Below, piece after piece: positions 47,111-60,464 of a DNA stretch of 64,000 nt (its first letter is position 1; each line of letters starts with the position of its first letter). The position numbers and the translations under genes were made by a program. The DNA lies in assembly GCA_002633005.1 (NCBI GenBank), contig NMRA01000024.1, forward strand, positions 704,246-768,245. Direction: 5' to 3'. The DNA is from Phoronis australis (Eukaryota > Animalia > Phoronida). The notes below the pieces were generated by a model. It worked only from the letters and a program-made list of their open reading frames with translations. It searched no databases and had not been told where the DNA came from.

Positions 47111-47262
47111 ACCCAGGAATCCAAGCGCATATTTGTTGATGTACGTTGTCACAGTGCATAATCTATTTCTGATCGGTTTGAATTTCTTCTCCCCGGTTGC
47201 ATTTCGTAGACCCAACACACACTCGAGAAAGGGGTTGTGTGATCACGCGCTTCGCTTGTAAC

Positions 47263-47498
47263 CATGCGCGCACCAAGGGGGGCGCCCCATTTGGCGAAGT
47301 GGACAAAGAGGTCCGCCTCGGAGAAACAAAAAGTCCGACAAAACGAAACAAAAAGTCCACTAAACAGGCGCAAACGCACAATTCGCAGCTGTGGACGTGG
47401 TACCCCTTTTTTGTTAGTCCTTCGACTGCTTTTATCGGTAAAAGGTCCACATCGTTGGAAATTCGAGCCCCCCCCCATATTAAAGGCTGGGTGCGCAT
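47263..47498 (+). mobile_element. MITE family A copy
   Basis: catgcgcgcaccaagggg...aaggctgggtgcgcat. Confidence 0.85.
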
Positions 47499-47874
47499 AG
47501 CGACACCTCGCAAAGACATTCGTGACCTTGCGTTTTCGGTAGGCATATCTAGGTACCGTTCCATAGATCAAATTTCTTACGAGAAATCCGAGATTATGTA
47601 TACCGCGACGCAGTATACTCGCGCCTCTCAGTGTTCTCCACAATAGGATGGACCGCTAGCTTCTGGTCTATTCTACTCGGTTCTGGAAGTCTCGCTATTT
47701 GAACGCGCTTCCTTGTTCAGGCCGATATTTTTGCCGCGAATACAGGAACCCTCCACTGATTGCTGTACAAGCAGAGTTTGGAAATAAAGTATGTGTTAAT
47801 TATTGACACAAAAATGAGTGCGTATACATTAGTGCATTGTACTACACAATAAGTGGTCAGGATTCTTGTCAAGA

Positions 47875-48023
47875 CTGGCCCCCGTTCAGTAACGCAAGAA
47901 CCTTGCTAAAAGCAAGACTTCGCGAGATTACGTGAGATATTGTCGTGTATTTTCAATGAGAACGAGTGACTTTGGCTAGATTTTAGCTAGATCCTAGCGT
48001 CCTAGAGTTACTGAACGCACTGA
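47875..48023 (+). mobile_element. MITE family C copy
   Basis: Closely similar to 32045-32190. Confidence 0.8.
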
Positions 48024-50015
48024 TACGTCATTTGTATTGTCAACATGGCTTGCTGCTACTCAGGCAGCGCTGAATAAAAGAAATATAATTGCAGCCGACA
48101 GACTGGTAAAAGCTGGTCATTTCTGGTGCAAACCGTACAAATACATGTACAATGTCGTTGATCACTTTGTTAATTAAAAGGGCGAGCGCGTGCTGGTCAT
48201 TTACGAACATTTGTTTCTTGCGCGAGTGCGCAAGACGGACAAATCAAGAACATTGTTCTGCTCATCGATTACTAATTTACTACCTGGTTCGAGTAAACAT
48301 TGATTTAACGCCTCTTCAGGTTTTCGAAGCACACAATTTGGAAGTGCATTAAAAGATAAAGGATACATAGAAAAGGCGTAAATTGCATTTCCCCGTTTTG
48401 TTGAAACTGGACTCCAACACAAAAAGTCGGTCTGTTTACGCAATTCCTGAATTCGTTTAATATCTGCCGTTGAAATTTCAACAATAAATGAACTTCGAGG
48501 TTATAACTGTCTCGAAAACAAATGAAAAACATTCAACAAAATTGCAACAACTGTTGTAAATTTAGGAAGAGTTTGGCGTAGATGGCGATGCGTGAACCTA
48601 CAATTGTTGAGTGGAAAGACTGTTCCGTAGCCTTTACTATAGTACCACGGAAATGAAAACTTTCCCCGCCTTAAAACGGATTCAGACGGCAACATACGTT
48701 CTACAGTCTTAAAAGACTATGGTGGCACTCACATGTTTTTTGCGCCACAGTCAACCCCCCCCCCCCCCCAATTTCATTGATAATTGGAGCCTGTTGGATA
48801 TGCGATGGCTATGATTGGCATTTGATTTTTAACATGTTTTTTTACAAAACTGCAATTTGTTGCTCTCTTGACCTGTATTTGCAATCGTGGCTGTCAGAAA
48901 GTGGTGGAAAACACTCTATCGCTTCTTGACGGCAAAGCAAGCTTCGGACGGAAATTCAGGTACTTCTCAGACTTTTCAGGTTGGTAAAAAACGATCCATT
49001 GTCTACGCATTTTTGGGGATATGAAATGTTTTTTCATTCCGAGTGCGTTATCTGCTGCGAGTCATGCTTTTGGATGCAGTGAAAACTGCCAATTTCGTGT
49101 ATTCTTAGTCGTTTTTCGGGCTGACCGGCTGCATTTGCCCGGGGGGCATAAAACCAAAAGAAGCGCACTTTGAATGCAATTTTCAGATTGCAGGTAAGTT
49201 TTATGTATTGTCAGTAAATACACGTGTTTCATATCTCCTGTTTTCGTTGTAGAAAAAGAGACCGCTTCCTCTCGGTTTATCCTGGCTGCCAGTAGGCAGC
49301 CCGAGGAAAACTGTTGAGTACCACGTAAAGACCGAAGTAGGCTACAACAGTTTAGTCCTGGCACCATGTGACACTATCAAAATCTCCAACTATCTGCACA
49401 GACCCCTCTTTCAACTGTTAAACGTGTAAATTCAAATCTTATTACAAAATCAGATCTGCAGCGCAGAAATCGATTAACATTTACAGCCGAAAACGCATTT
49501 TTGCTATTATTGTTGGACGGAATAGATCTTTTGGTGTTACTAGCTTTGGTCAGAGCTATAATACAAGGTATCAGTTTTGTTTTGTGATTGCATTACAAAT
49601 CGCCAATACTCGCCGTTTTCTGCCAGGCATTCGTTACTGCCGGTGGCTTAACCATTATAGGCTAAGTATTCTACCATTTATAATAGTTGAAAGGCATTTA
49701 ACTCCGCCAATGTGACCGCGATGGTTGCAAGTTCGATTCCGCACTGAAGCGGGTTACCTTACTCGCCGATGGTGTTTCCTTCCGTGTGCACTTGCTCTCG
49801 TGGTCACTCACTCGGAAAGTTCTCGAACAAAACGGAATTTACATTACCGAGTACTCGCATAAAAAGCCAGGGAGGCGTATCTTGTTTATCACCTATATGC
49901 CGTGGGAAATGACTTTTAATGCCAAGGATGATGTTTGAAATGCAATTTATGAGGTCAGTTGCATAATGAACGCTTTTCGTAGCTCATTTTACTCAGACTA
50001 GCCCGAGGAAGGGCA

Positions 50016-51350
50016 TACTACTTCTACTACTAATACTACTGTTACCACTGCCACTGCCACTGCTACTATATTACCATTAGCACAACTACCAACTGCTACT
50101 GCTACTGCTACTACTATTAGTACTGGTACTGCTACTGCTACTACTATTAGTACTGGTACTGCTACTGCTACTGCTGCTACTGCTACTGCTACTGCTACTA
50201 GAAGTATTACTACTGCTCTTACTCAACTATACTACTATTCTATTGCTACTACTCTACTAGTACTTCTAGTACTACGACTAATACTTTCCAATACAGTCCC
50301 TATTACTGGCTACCACCACCACCACTACTACTACTACTCTTATTCAACTAATATTTTTCCACTGCTACTACTCAAGTACTTCTACTACTGCTACTTCTCC
50401 TACTATTACTACTACTGCCACTACCACTACTACTACCACCACCACTGCCACTACCACTGCCACTACCACTACTACTGCCACTACCACTACCACTGCCACT
50501 ATACCACTNNNNNNNNNNNNNNNNNNNNNNNNNNNNNNNNNNNNNNNNNNNNNNNNNNNNNNNNNNNNNNNNNNNNNNNNNNNNNNNNNNNNNNNNNNNN
50601 NNNNNNNNNNNNNNNNNNNNNNNNNNNNNNNNNNNNNNNNNNNNNNNNNNNNNNNNNNNNNNNNNNNNNNNNNNNNNNNNNNNNNNNNNNNNNNNNNNNN
50701 NNNNNNNNNNNNNNNNNNNNNNNNNNNNNNNNNNNNNNNNNNNNNNNNNNNNNNNNNNNNNNNNNNNNNNNNNNNNNNNNNNNNNNNNNNNNNNNNNNNN
50801 NNNNNNNNNNNNNNNNNNNNNNNNNNNNNNNNNNNNNNNNNNNNNNNNNNNNNNNNNNNNNNNNNNNNNNNNNNNNNNNNNNNNNNNNNNNNNNNNNNNN
50901 NNNNNNNNNNNNNNNNNNNNNNNNNNNNNNNNNNNNNNNNNNNNNNNNNNNNNNNNNNNNNNNNNNNNNNNNNNNNNNNNNNNNNNNNNNNNNNNNNNNN
51001 NNNNNNNNNNNNNNNNNNNNNNNNNNNNNNNNNNNNNNNNNNNNNNNNNNNNNNNNNNNNNNNNNNNNNNNNNNNNNNNNNNNNNNNNNNNNNNNNNNNN
51101 NNNNNNNNNNNNNNNNNNNNNNNNNNNNNNNNNNNNNNNNNNNNNNNNNNNNNNNNNNNNNNNNNNNNNNNNNNNNNNNNNNNNNNNNNNNNNNNNNNNN
51201 NNNNNNNNNNNNNNNNNNNNNNNNNNNNNNNACTACCACTACCACTGCCACTACCACTACTACTGCCACTGCCACTACTACAGCCACTACCACTGCCACT
51301 ACCACTGCTACTATATAATTCTAGTAGTAATACTAATACAGCTCCTACTA
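50016..51350. repeat. (CTA/CCA/CTG)n low-complexity tract containing the gap 50509-51231
   Basis: Direct inspection. Confidence 0.95.
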
Positions 51351-54300
51351 TACTAAAACTATTAGCGATATTTTTACTGATGCCAGCACAAATGTGTACG
51401 TGTACTCGAAGCCAAGCAATTAATCAATTTTCGAATCGGATTTCGAGTACAGAGATTAGACCGCGAGCCCTAGCTAATCTCTGTGGCGTTGACTTTAAAA
51501 CCATTGAAATCTCTACAGTACTTTTATTTTATTTTTGTCAGTACTTACTTAGCGCCTTGGTCTGTGACACGAGAGAGGCAATACCTTTAGTCCGCTTCTG
51601 TATCGAAGTTAATCCCTGTCATTACGATTATCATACTAACGTGCCAGTCAGTCATTGAATGCCGTATAATATTTTCATTGCACTCTACTGGATGTGTTGT
51701 CTTGTACATGAAATTTACATGTCTTATTATCTAAATATCTCACACCACTAGGTCCCCGATACGCTGTTAAGCGATCGTAGGCAAGCAAATAAGATGTGAA
51801 GTGAATGCGAGACTATTAAACATCGTACTTCTCTTGAGCGGATTCGCTCATCAGGGACAAGGGAGCGTAAGAGCCGGCGAATAATTACAGAAATCAATGT
51901 CAAATGTTCCACAATAATGAATAATAGAAGTATAATTATAAAAATAATTAGTTCCAGCAATTTGCGGAGCTTGGTAGCTGGTGTATTTTGTTTCAAGAAA
52001 GCCGCCAGAACCGAAGAAGTGATTTGCTAAAAGATCTTTTTTGGTCATTCAGCAACACCGTGATGTAAATTGAACAATCCATCACGATAATCAAACATCT
52101 CATAAGCAAACCAATACTTAATGTTGACTGATCATCATATTTTTAATTTTGTTGAGAGCATTTTGGCGCCTGTTTGATCAATGAAATATTTTCTTATGGC
52201 ATTGCGTTACAAATTAAATTGTTCAAATGCCGTAACCTGAATTTTCATGGCGAATCCAGACTTTTACGCGGAGTACTTACTTGAGATTCAAGTGTGTAGT
52301 GATTGGTCGCCCCCGACATGTGCTCGAGGTGACACCCAAGCACCCTCCCTATCAGGAGGGGAAAATTTTCAACCTCAAGCGAAAGGTACCTGAAGCCTTT
52401 TTATGCTATGTTTCTATGCCAAACATTCGGTGATTGACTGTATTTAGCATATTACACTGTCTGTCATGTTACGGGTCAAGGGTCACTAGCTCTTAAGCCA
52501 CCGGCCTATAGACACAAGTAGGAAAAATAACAAATACAAGCGCACGACATGATAGTGCTTGTGTGTAGTTCAGTGGTGCATTTTCGGTTTCAAAAACATT
52601 ATAAGAAGCGAATTACAAGACGAAATCTTTTAACTATCCTCGATCACTGTCAGCAACATGCCATTTTTACTAGAAATCTATAAAACATAGGACTGTCTAG
52701 CTTTGATAGGCTTAGGCAATTACAGACAGCCTCTAGTATGGGCTAGACTAGTATTGGGTTAGACCCGAGAAAGAACTATGTTGCTCTCCCGAGTTCTATT
52801 TAACTTGATATGTCTGAGAGATCGGTCGCTTTTTGTTTTGATACATCCACGGTTACTTCATTTCTCTGATTTTTTCTCTTACTAGGTTAGTAGATCTTAC
52901 CTGCTTTGAATTTCTGTCGTCGTCAGCTCGCTTTGCAGTGCGTAATTGGTCAGATCACGAATAGCGACATTTCAAGTGTAGTCCAGCGGCTTGAATGAGA
53001 AGTATTATTTCACGGCTATCCGGTGAATATCAACTCATAACGGAAGTTAACTTACTCCGTTTTTGCCAATCCGCGGACGAAAGTATCAGTGGTCGTGTGA
53101 TAATAAAAAATTGAAATTCAACTCACTGTCTAATGACCATTGTGCGCTGAATTCAACGTTGAACAAAAACTACCTGCAGTTAAAGGAACACTAATTTTCG
53201 TTGAATAACACAAGTTTTTCGAATGCCGTAGGCTTTTGTGAGTTTTGGAGGGAATTACCTGTTTCTGAACCTGGTCTATAAGTTTTCTTGGCGAATGCAA
53301 GCACTAGTCAATACCTAACACACACTGGATTTGGACCATTATAACACCAGGTAACCTTGAGTAAAATGCAATTATGCTTGGAATCAAAACAAATCTGAAC
53401 GTTTGACAATACCTCACCTTCGACGAAACCGTTGTGACTTTTTTATTACCTGATTCCGTGGGTTTGTCTTTTTCGCACAGTAGAGTAGCACTAAAACTCT
53501 ACTTATTCACCATCTGATTTAGTAAGCATTACCGTACTTACATTATCTTGGAGCAAATGACTGAAAGAGGGAATATCGACATTGGTTTACAATAATTCTT
53601 TGTTGAATGCTCTTAACCTTCCGCCAATGAATCGTGAGAATCCTCATCAGTGTATTTTCGAAATGTTGCGTGTTAGTTATTGGTCTCTACAGATAACGGC
53701 AATTCGTGATAATGGTGTACTGGCGCTTCTCGTGATTTCATGGATTTGCCTACGAGCACCGTGACGTCATCGTTGATTGCTGTGTCAATAACCTTCGCCG
53801 GGAGAATACAATATACAATATACAATATCAAAGTCCACGCAAAGCTAAAACATTTGAGAGGGATCAGGTAAACCCACACATTCCAGATTTTATCGATGCC
53901 ATAAAGTAGATGGCTCAAAAACAGAAATCACAACAGGTGAATGGAAGAAAAGTTGCTGAATTGTTCTAGTGCCCGCTCGAATGTGCAATGGAATCTGGGG
54001 AAAACACAAGACCTACACTCTTTCACAGTTTTACGAAAGGTAGCACTGTAGAATGTGCTTCTCATTTGTTGAAGTGATGAAACCGACGTCATAACATTCA
54101 GTCATTCTCATTGGTTTAAATCTGGGAAACTCCTTTCAGTTTACTGTTGCAGTATGACGACCACTTATGACTTGAATAGTTGCAATTTATTAAAACGGGC
54201 ACCAATCAAAGTAAACAAAACCAAGTGAACCTTGGTCCCGTAGCTAAGCCCAAACAAATACAGTGCATAGAAGGCGTGTGAAAGTGGTGGCGATGTGATC

Positions 54301-56803
54301 GATAAACTTCCGACCAAGCATGCGCATTGATGCCCACACACGGAATTCCGTGTGTCGTTCATTATTGTATGTTTCAAAAGAGTCACTTTTCAGTATAAGT
54401 GACGCTGTGTCAGAGGTAACACAAGTTCACGCAAGTCTTCGCGAGATATCGCCGTGTAATTTAAGTGAAGCACGTGGTCACATAGCTTCATCCGTGAAAT
54501 TCTTGCGTCTACGAAACTCAACCATGAATCCGGCGGAAGCGCTCACTTCCTATTGGCCTACACTTTTTTGCGACGACTTGTCTAGGTCGCTTATACGCTT
54601 CTACCACCGGAAACTGCACTCGTTGATGGCTATCGCGCTCGTTCACGAGTGAAAGGTTACTTGTCAACAAGTTACATGGGGACAGATGTAATAAGAATGA
54701 TGATTTCCGGTTCATGCTGAAGGCCTATTCACCTGAATTGGTTTTGCGCCTTGTACGTGATATTCATGCCAAGAATTGTACGATGACACTTGGTTTACCT
54801 CAAAATTCAACTTTGCCTAGTGGTTTGATAATGGGCCCAATTATGTTGCACACCCAGCAAAATTAATGAGGGGCATAATACGGCAACATAATATGCCTAC
54901 AAATGTTTTAGGTTGTAAAAGTCCCATTTCTTGTCCGATTTTCAAAGTTCAACAACCTAACCATGTGCACTTTCACGAACTGTTCAAATATGCTATTTAA
55001 AAAACTTTCAAAACGAAAATCCAAAAAATACTATTGTCGCCCCCACTGAGTTTATGATGGGTCTGATTATCTAGAGTGATTAGCAGCCTAAGGCGCTGTA
55101 ATTAACTACAACAGCATGGTGTCTTTGATCAGTGCCCACAGATTTCGAGTTCCGCAAACCGATTGAGTTGCCCAATCTCGACCGTTGAAGGCAGTATCAA
55201 CGTAGGATTCTTTTCATGTTGACTATATTTTGATTGGTTGTGCAGCTGCAAAATTAAGATATCCATCCATTTTGACTCAGAAAAAGAGACACATTTAAAG
55301 GGAGTTTAAAAGAAAACGTCACCCTTTCGAAGCTGTTGTGTTTCAATCAGAAACACCACTTTTTCGTAGCCGAAGGTTGAATTTTCAACACCGCATTAAG
55401 CCCGAAACAGTATAAAAAGAGACACCCTATTGTCAAAAACTAGCACGTCTTAATTTTGTAAACAAATTCTCGAAAATGTAAATCTCAATAAAAGCTCTCC
55501 TGTAGAACTGTGTAGGCATAGGTGATATAACAGGACCATTTTGTTGAGTTTCGGACTCCCGTCATGAAACGGCTTTTTAAAGGAGTTAAAAAGCACCCCT
55601 TCGTCAGGAAATTTGTTAGAACAGATGACCTTATGCCAGCGCGCTTCGCGTCCTGTGCTGTACATCTTTTTTAATGGGAATTCCCCTGGGTTTTTGCCTG
55701 AAAGTCACCTTTTGCATGACAGCAAAACTCGTTTCCCTAATTCAAAGACTGCGCCATATTCGGAACATCCTTCTACAACTTTTCACGGTTCCGTTATCCA
55801 TACTATTACAGACCATTGCGGGTACGTCGGAAGTCACGTGACCACGTAAACGATTGTATAATTGACACTGAAGTAAGAGCGGTTAGTCACAATTCACCTG
55901 TCATCAACTAACATTAGCATCGACTTGTCCGTTGATTCAACTCTGACAATAAATCTGATACTGTCAACAATATGTCGCGGTAATGAAGTGAACAGGAAGT
56001 GACAATCATGCGGCAACACCCTTGGCAAGGGTGTGGCCGCATGGGCCTTGCGGTGACGCGTACTACATCGGGAATAAACTGGCCGTTGTAGAAAAAAAAG
56101 TGATTGCAATGGTGAAGATACGATTCCATTTCGCAAGTACCGCGTCTTACACTGAGTTATATTACGTAATACTAAAGTATCTTATCTTCCCAAGAAACTC
56201 GCGGAAATGCAAGAATCGAAAGTTTTCTTAAACTCAGTTTACCAGCTTTTGTCCTAGCTCTGCCGAAATCACTTCTAATCTGGGTAAAACACGAGTTGTG
56301 ACCACTTGCGATAGTTTTTGGCATAAGACGGATTAACTTTAGATTTTTTTCATTGATAGCACCTTCTTTGGGTCATTATATGTGTTTCACATAAAACCAC
56401 AGCAATGAGCACAATGATGGGAGTTCCTAAGCTTTGTCTCATTGTACCGTGCTGTTTACTCGGGCCGACTGGCGTGTGCGACTAATCATGCCACGTAAAC
56501 ACGTGCTTTGACGCGATTTTTCAAGATCAAAGTCGAGCACGATTTCATTTAAAATAGAGCAGGTCCTCTGATTTCCGTCTGGCTTTCGCTCACCTCGCAC
56601 GTTAAACAATGCATGTTACGTTTGACGCGAAAGCGTGTGAATTCCGAGCTGTATTATCCAACGTAAAACTTCACCAACGATATGAAGGACGAAATGATAA
56701 GACCCAAAATGCAATTGACGAATGAGAAATGGGACGCACGGAATTGTGAAAGTAACGCCTTAGTTTTATGAATTAGAACGTCACTTAGTGCAGTGAATAC
56801 ACA

Positions 56804-57675
56804 TAGATTATTACATGGCGAAGTCGTTATCCCCCGTTATCTAGAGCCCGAGTGGATTTTGGAGAATTATCGCCCGAGGGACGTTAGCCCCGAGGTTGAT
56901 AATTCTCCAAAATCCACGAGGGCTCTAGATAAGGGGAATAACGACTGAGAACATGTAATAATCTAGTTATACCACATACTGAACGAGAAACATTGCAATG
57001 AATCGATCTACCTTTCTCGACTCACTTCGGCTTTGTAACTACTTTCTACGTCAGAGGCCCGGGGTCAGAGGTCGTGACCTTTTAAGAAAAGCTTAGCTAT
57101 TTTTGTCAAATAATGCTTAATATACTCAAAACCAATTGAAAATTTGAACAGAATAGAAATAAAGTGAATCTATAAATTAAGGTTTAGCAACTATTACAGC
57201 TTACTACACATTTTATCACGTTAAGCTTCGACCGGGAAAATATCTTCTGCTAAAGTAGGTTGCCACTAGTAACTGACTATAATGCTCAAGTCAAAGGATC
57301 TCAACGACATGATACCCGCATTCAAATTGGAGATCGGTGATTTACAAGTGAGTGAACACGAGAGAAAAATGTCACAGAATTAAAATATCGTTTTTATGGA
57401 AATTATGCGTCTTATTTTTCATAGCGTATAAATGTCGGTGCAATGCCCTTTGCTGAACATGCGATTGTTGCGCGTGCTCATTTAAGTATTCTGTTTTCAT
57501 ATTCGATGACGTCAGCCTCTGAGTGATGTAGTGCTACAGTCGGCGACTCGAAACTATGAGGCCCGGCTTCGAATTCGGCCTCGGTTTCCCGCCAAAATGT
57601 TATCTCACTAGTGAGATAACTTTATGGGTTATTACACGGTTGTATCTGCCATTCGAGGCTAAAATTGTGGTATAA
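56804..57675 (+). mobile_element. Palindrome-headed non-autonomous element, copy 1 (Crypton / tyrosine-recombinase-type candidate)
   Basis: About 160-bp imperfect hairpin at 56804-56965. Internal ttataccaca is inverted relative to terminal tgtggtataa. No conventional TIRs or ORF. Superfamily assignment is inference. Confidence 0.6.
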
Positions 57676-57716
57676 ACGTGGTTATACCACAATTTTAGCC
57701 TCGAATGGCAGATACA
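57641..57716. repeat. Perfect 35-bp inverted repeat with 6-nt spacer at the junction of the two elements
   Basis: tgtatctgccattcgaggctaaaattgtggtataa-acgtgg-ttataccacaattttagcctcgaatggcagataca. Confidence 0.97.
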
Positions 57717-57718
57717 TA

Positions 57719-58532
57719 TAGATTATTACATGGCGAAGTCGTTATCCCCCGATATCTAGAGCCTGAGTGGCGTTAGCCCCGAGGGTGATAATTCTCCAAA
57801 ATCCACGAGGGCTCTAGATAACGGGGGATAACGGCTGAGAACATGTAATAATCTATTTATACCACATACTATACGAGAAACATTGCAATGAATCTATTTA
57901 CCTTTTCTGACTCTCCACGGCTTTGTAACTACTTTCTATGTCAGAGGCCAGGGGTCGGAGGTCGTGACCTTTTAAGAAAAGCCGAGCTATTTTTGTCAAA
58001 TTGCTTTTACTCAAAACCAATTGAAAACTTAAATATAATAGAAATAAATTGAATTTATAAATTAAGGTTTACCAACTATTATAGCTTAAAACACATTTTT
58101 TTCACGCTAAGCTTCGACCGGGAAATTATCGTCTGCTAAAGTAGGTTACCACTGGTAACTTAATATAATTCTCAAGTCAAAGATCCTGACGACATGATAC
58201 CCGCATTCAAACTGAAGATCGGTGATTTACAAGTAAGAGGACATGAGAGAAAAATTTCATTGAATTAAGATATCATTTTTATGGAAATTATGTGTCTTAT
58301 TTTTCGTACAATGCGGTTTGCTGAACATGCCAATATTGCGCGTGCTCATTTAAGTATTCTATTTTCACTCTTGGATGACGTCAGTCGCTGCGTGGTGTAG
58401 TGGTAAAGTCGGCGACCAGCAATTCCAAGGTCCCGGGTTCGATTCCGTCCTCGGTTTCCCGCCACTAGTGAGATAACTTTATGGGTTATTACACGGTTGT
58501 ATCTGCCATTTGACGCTAATATTGTGGTATAA
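57719..58532 (+). mobile_element. Palindrome-headed non-autonomous element, copy 2 (tandem, diverged)
   Basis: Colinear with copy 1, with many substitutions and indels and no N at the join. A tRNA-like A/B-box segment lies at 58386-58456. Confidence 0.6.
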
Positions 58533-60198
58533 AACCGTGTAACCGGGATTTAGCTCAACCATCAGGGCGTTTGGATGTGACGTGCTGGGGCTGATCTCAA
58601 AGAAAGAAATTTCTCCCCGATAATGCCCCATGAGAACGAAACACGACCCAACACTACCAGATGCATGACAACGGCACAAATACTATCGGCAACAGGGTTT
58701 CTCATCCTCCTGAATAAAAAATTACCAATAATATTCTCGCTAACGATACCTCTGGCGTGAGAGCTCGATGTTACTTGCGCGTTGTGCTTAGGACGAAGCG
58801 CTAACGTTTGTTAACCGCCTTTTAGGTAGTATCCAGCGATTGCTTTCACAGCCTGTTGAATCCGAGCACAGTAACCGCACATAACCACAATTGGGTTTTC
58901 ACGAGATGACACGTGCATCGCTTTGTTGAGCGGTATATCTGTATTACAATAACATTTACTGCTACCGTTCATTCTCTTACAAGCTACTCAGTCACGTCTG
59001 CCATATCGATGATTACAGTATGAGATACAGAAAACAATTTCAGTAACGACTAGACAGCGATGGTAAATCTGATTACTTTGCAATCATTTTTCGTAAAACG
59101 TATTCAAATGCTACTTACGACGTCGCAAGGAGAAGTGAGTTTTTTGCATGCTCACTAACGTTCTACAACTGAATTCAAAATTCAAAATACTGCTTTATTG
59201 AGGTTGATAAACTCCAGATCCTACTTTCGACTTTCCACTTAAGTGAAAATCAATACGAAACCTATTCGCTCTGGCAAATACAACACGATTCGTATCAACA
59301 GTGCGAATCCAATTTCGTGCGCCAGTACTTCACAGACTCCCAGAAGCCTCTCAAGAGTATCCTTGGGGGGTCGCGGGTGAATCTCGAAAATCGTGTGAAG
59401 CTTAATTGGGTAATGAGAATCGACTTTTAAGGACAAAACGGTAACTTTAATAATCAAGGAGTTTTGAAAGCTAAATGTAATTTTACCAGTTAAAACTGTC
59501 TTGGGAGGTTTGGTGGCGGGAAAACTTGGCGTATTAGATTGAAATGAAATGTATTTGGAGTTCAAATTTCTGAAATAGATCCAAGCCGGGCGTTGATATC
59601 AAATCAAGATCTCATCAAAAATAGAATTAAAAAGCTGGAGTGCAAATATAAATCAGACACGGGGAATCTTGGCTTTGCGAAAACGAGGTTGCGTGTTGAT
59701 CATAGCTAACACGAGACTTGTGGTCATGACAAAATATCCGATTATACGATTCAGTTGGCAACCTTCCTAAATTGATGGGAGGTTCCTTGAAGGTAAATTT
59801 ACTTACTTCTAACACGGTTTTTCCATTGAACATATCGGTTGCGGTTTTTAGCCAGCTCATTCAATCACTGAGACTATAAACTACTAAGAGGCAATAATTC
59901 TGGTTTCTAGGCGAGTAGTGGAAAAAAAACTGGCAGTTGTTATTGTTTTAGACTACTGCACACAAAGTTTGCTTGTAGTAGTTTAGTTTCAAACACGGTC
60001 GAAGCAGCATTGACGTCTGGGGAATTGCAAAGTTTCACTGCAACGAATGTCAATTCAAGCAAAGGATGAGACCACGATGACTGGTTTGAAAGACCAAACA
60101 CGCTTGTAAGGAAAGTCGTTTTTGACACCGGGACATTGTATATAGCGGTTTTAATCGTTCTTTTCAGTGTCAAATTGTATGCGCCCGATTTGAGCACT

Positions 60199-60464
60199 CA
60201 TGCACGCATCCGGGGGGGGGGTGGGGCTCGGGGGCTCGAACGAGCCCTTGCCCCATTTGGCGAAGTGGGCAAAAAGGTCCGCCTCAGAGAAACAAAAACT
60301 CCGAAAAAGCAGAAAATGAGACAAATGTCCACTAAAAATGCAGGAACTGCCAAAATTCGGCGAATGTACAATTCATATCTCTGAACGTACCCCGTGAATC
60401 TTAGCAAAAGATCTACATTCTCAAAAATACGAGCCTCCCCATTTTTAGGCTGGGTGCGCGCATG
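60199..60464 (+). mobile_element. MITE family A copy
   Basis: catgcacgcatccgggg...aggctgggtgcgcgcatg. Confidence 0.85.

Noticed and set aside
47149-47646. Overlapping 133-164 aa ORFs on both strands (similar at 26652-27109, 60136-60551, 62777-63266)
   Set aside because: They coincide with GC-rich MITE family A copies, and the frames are not conserved between copies.
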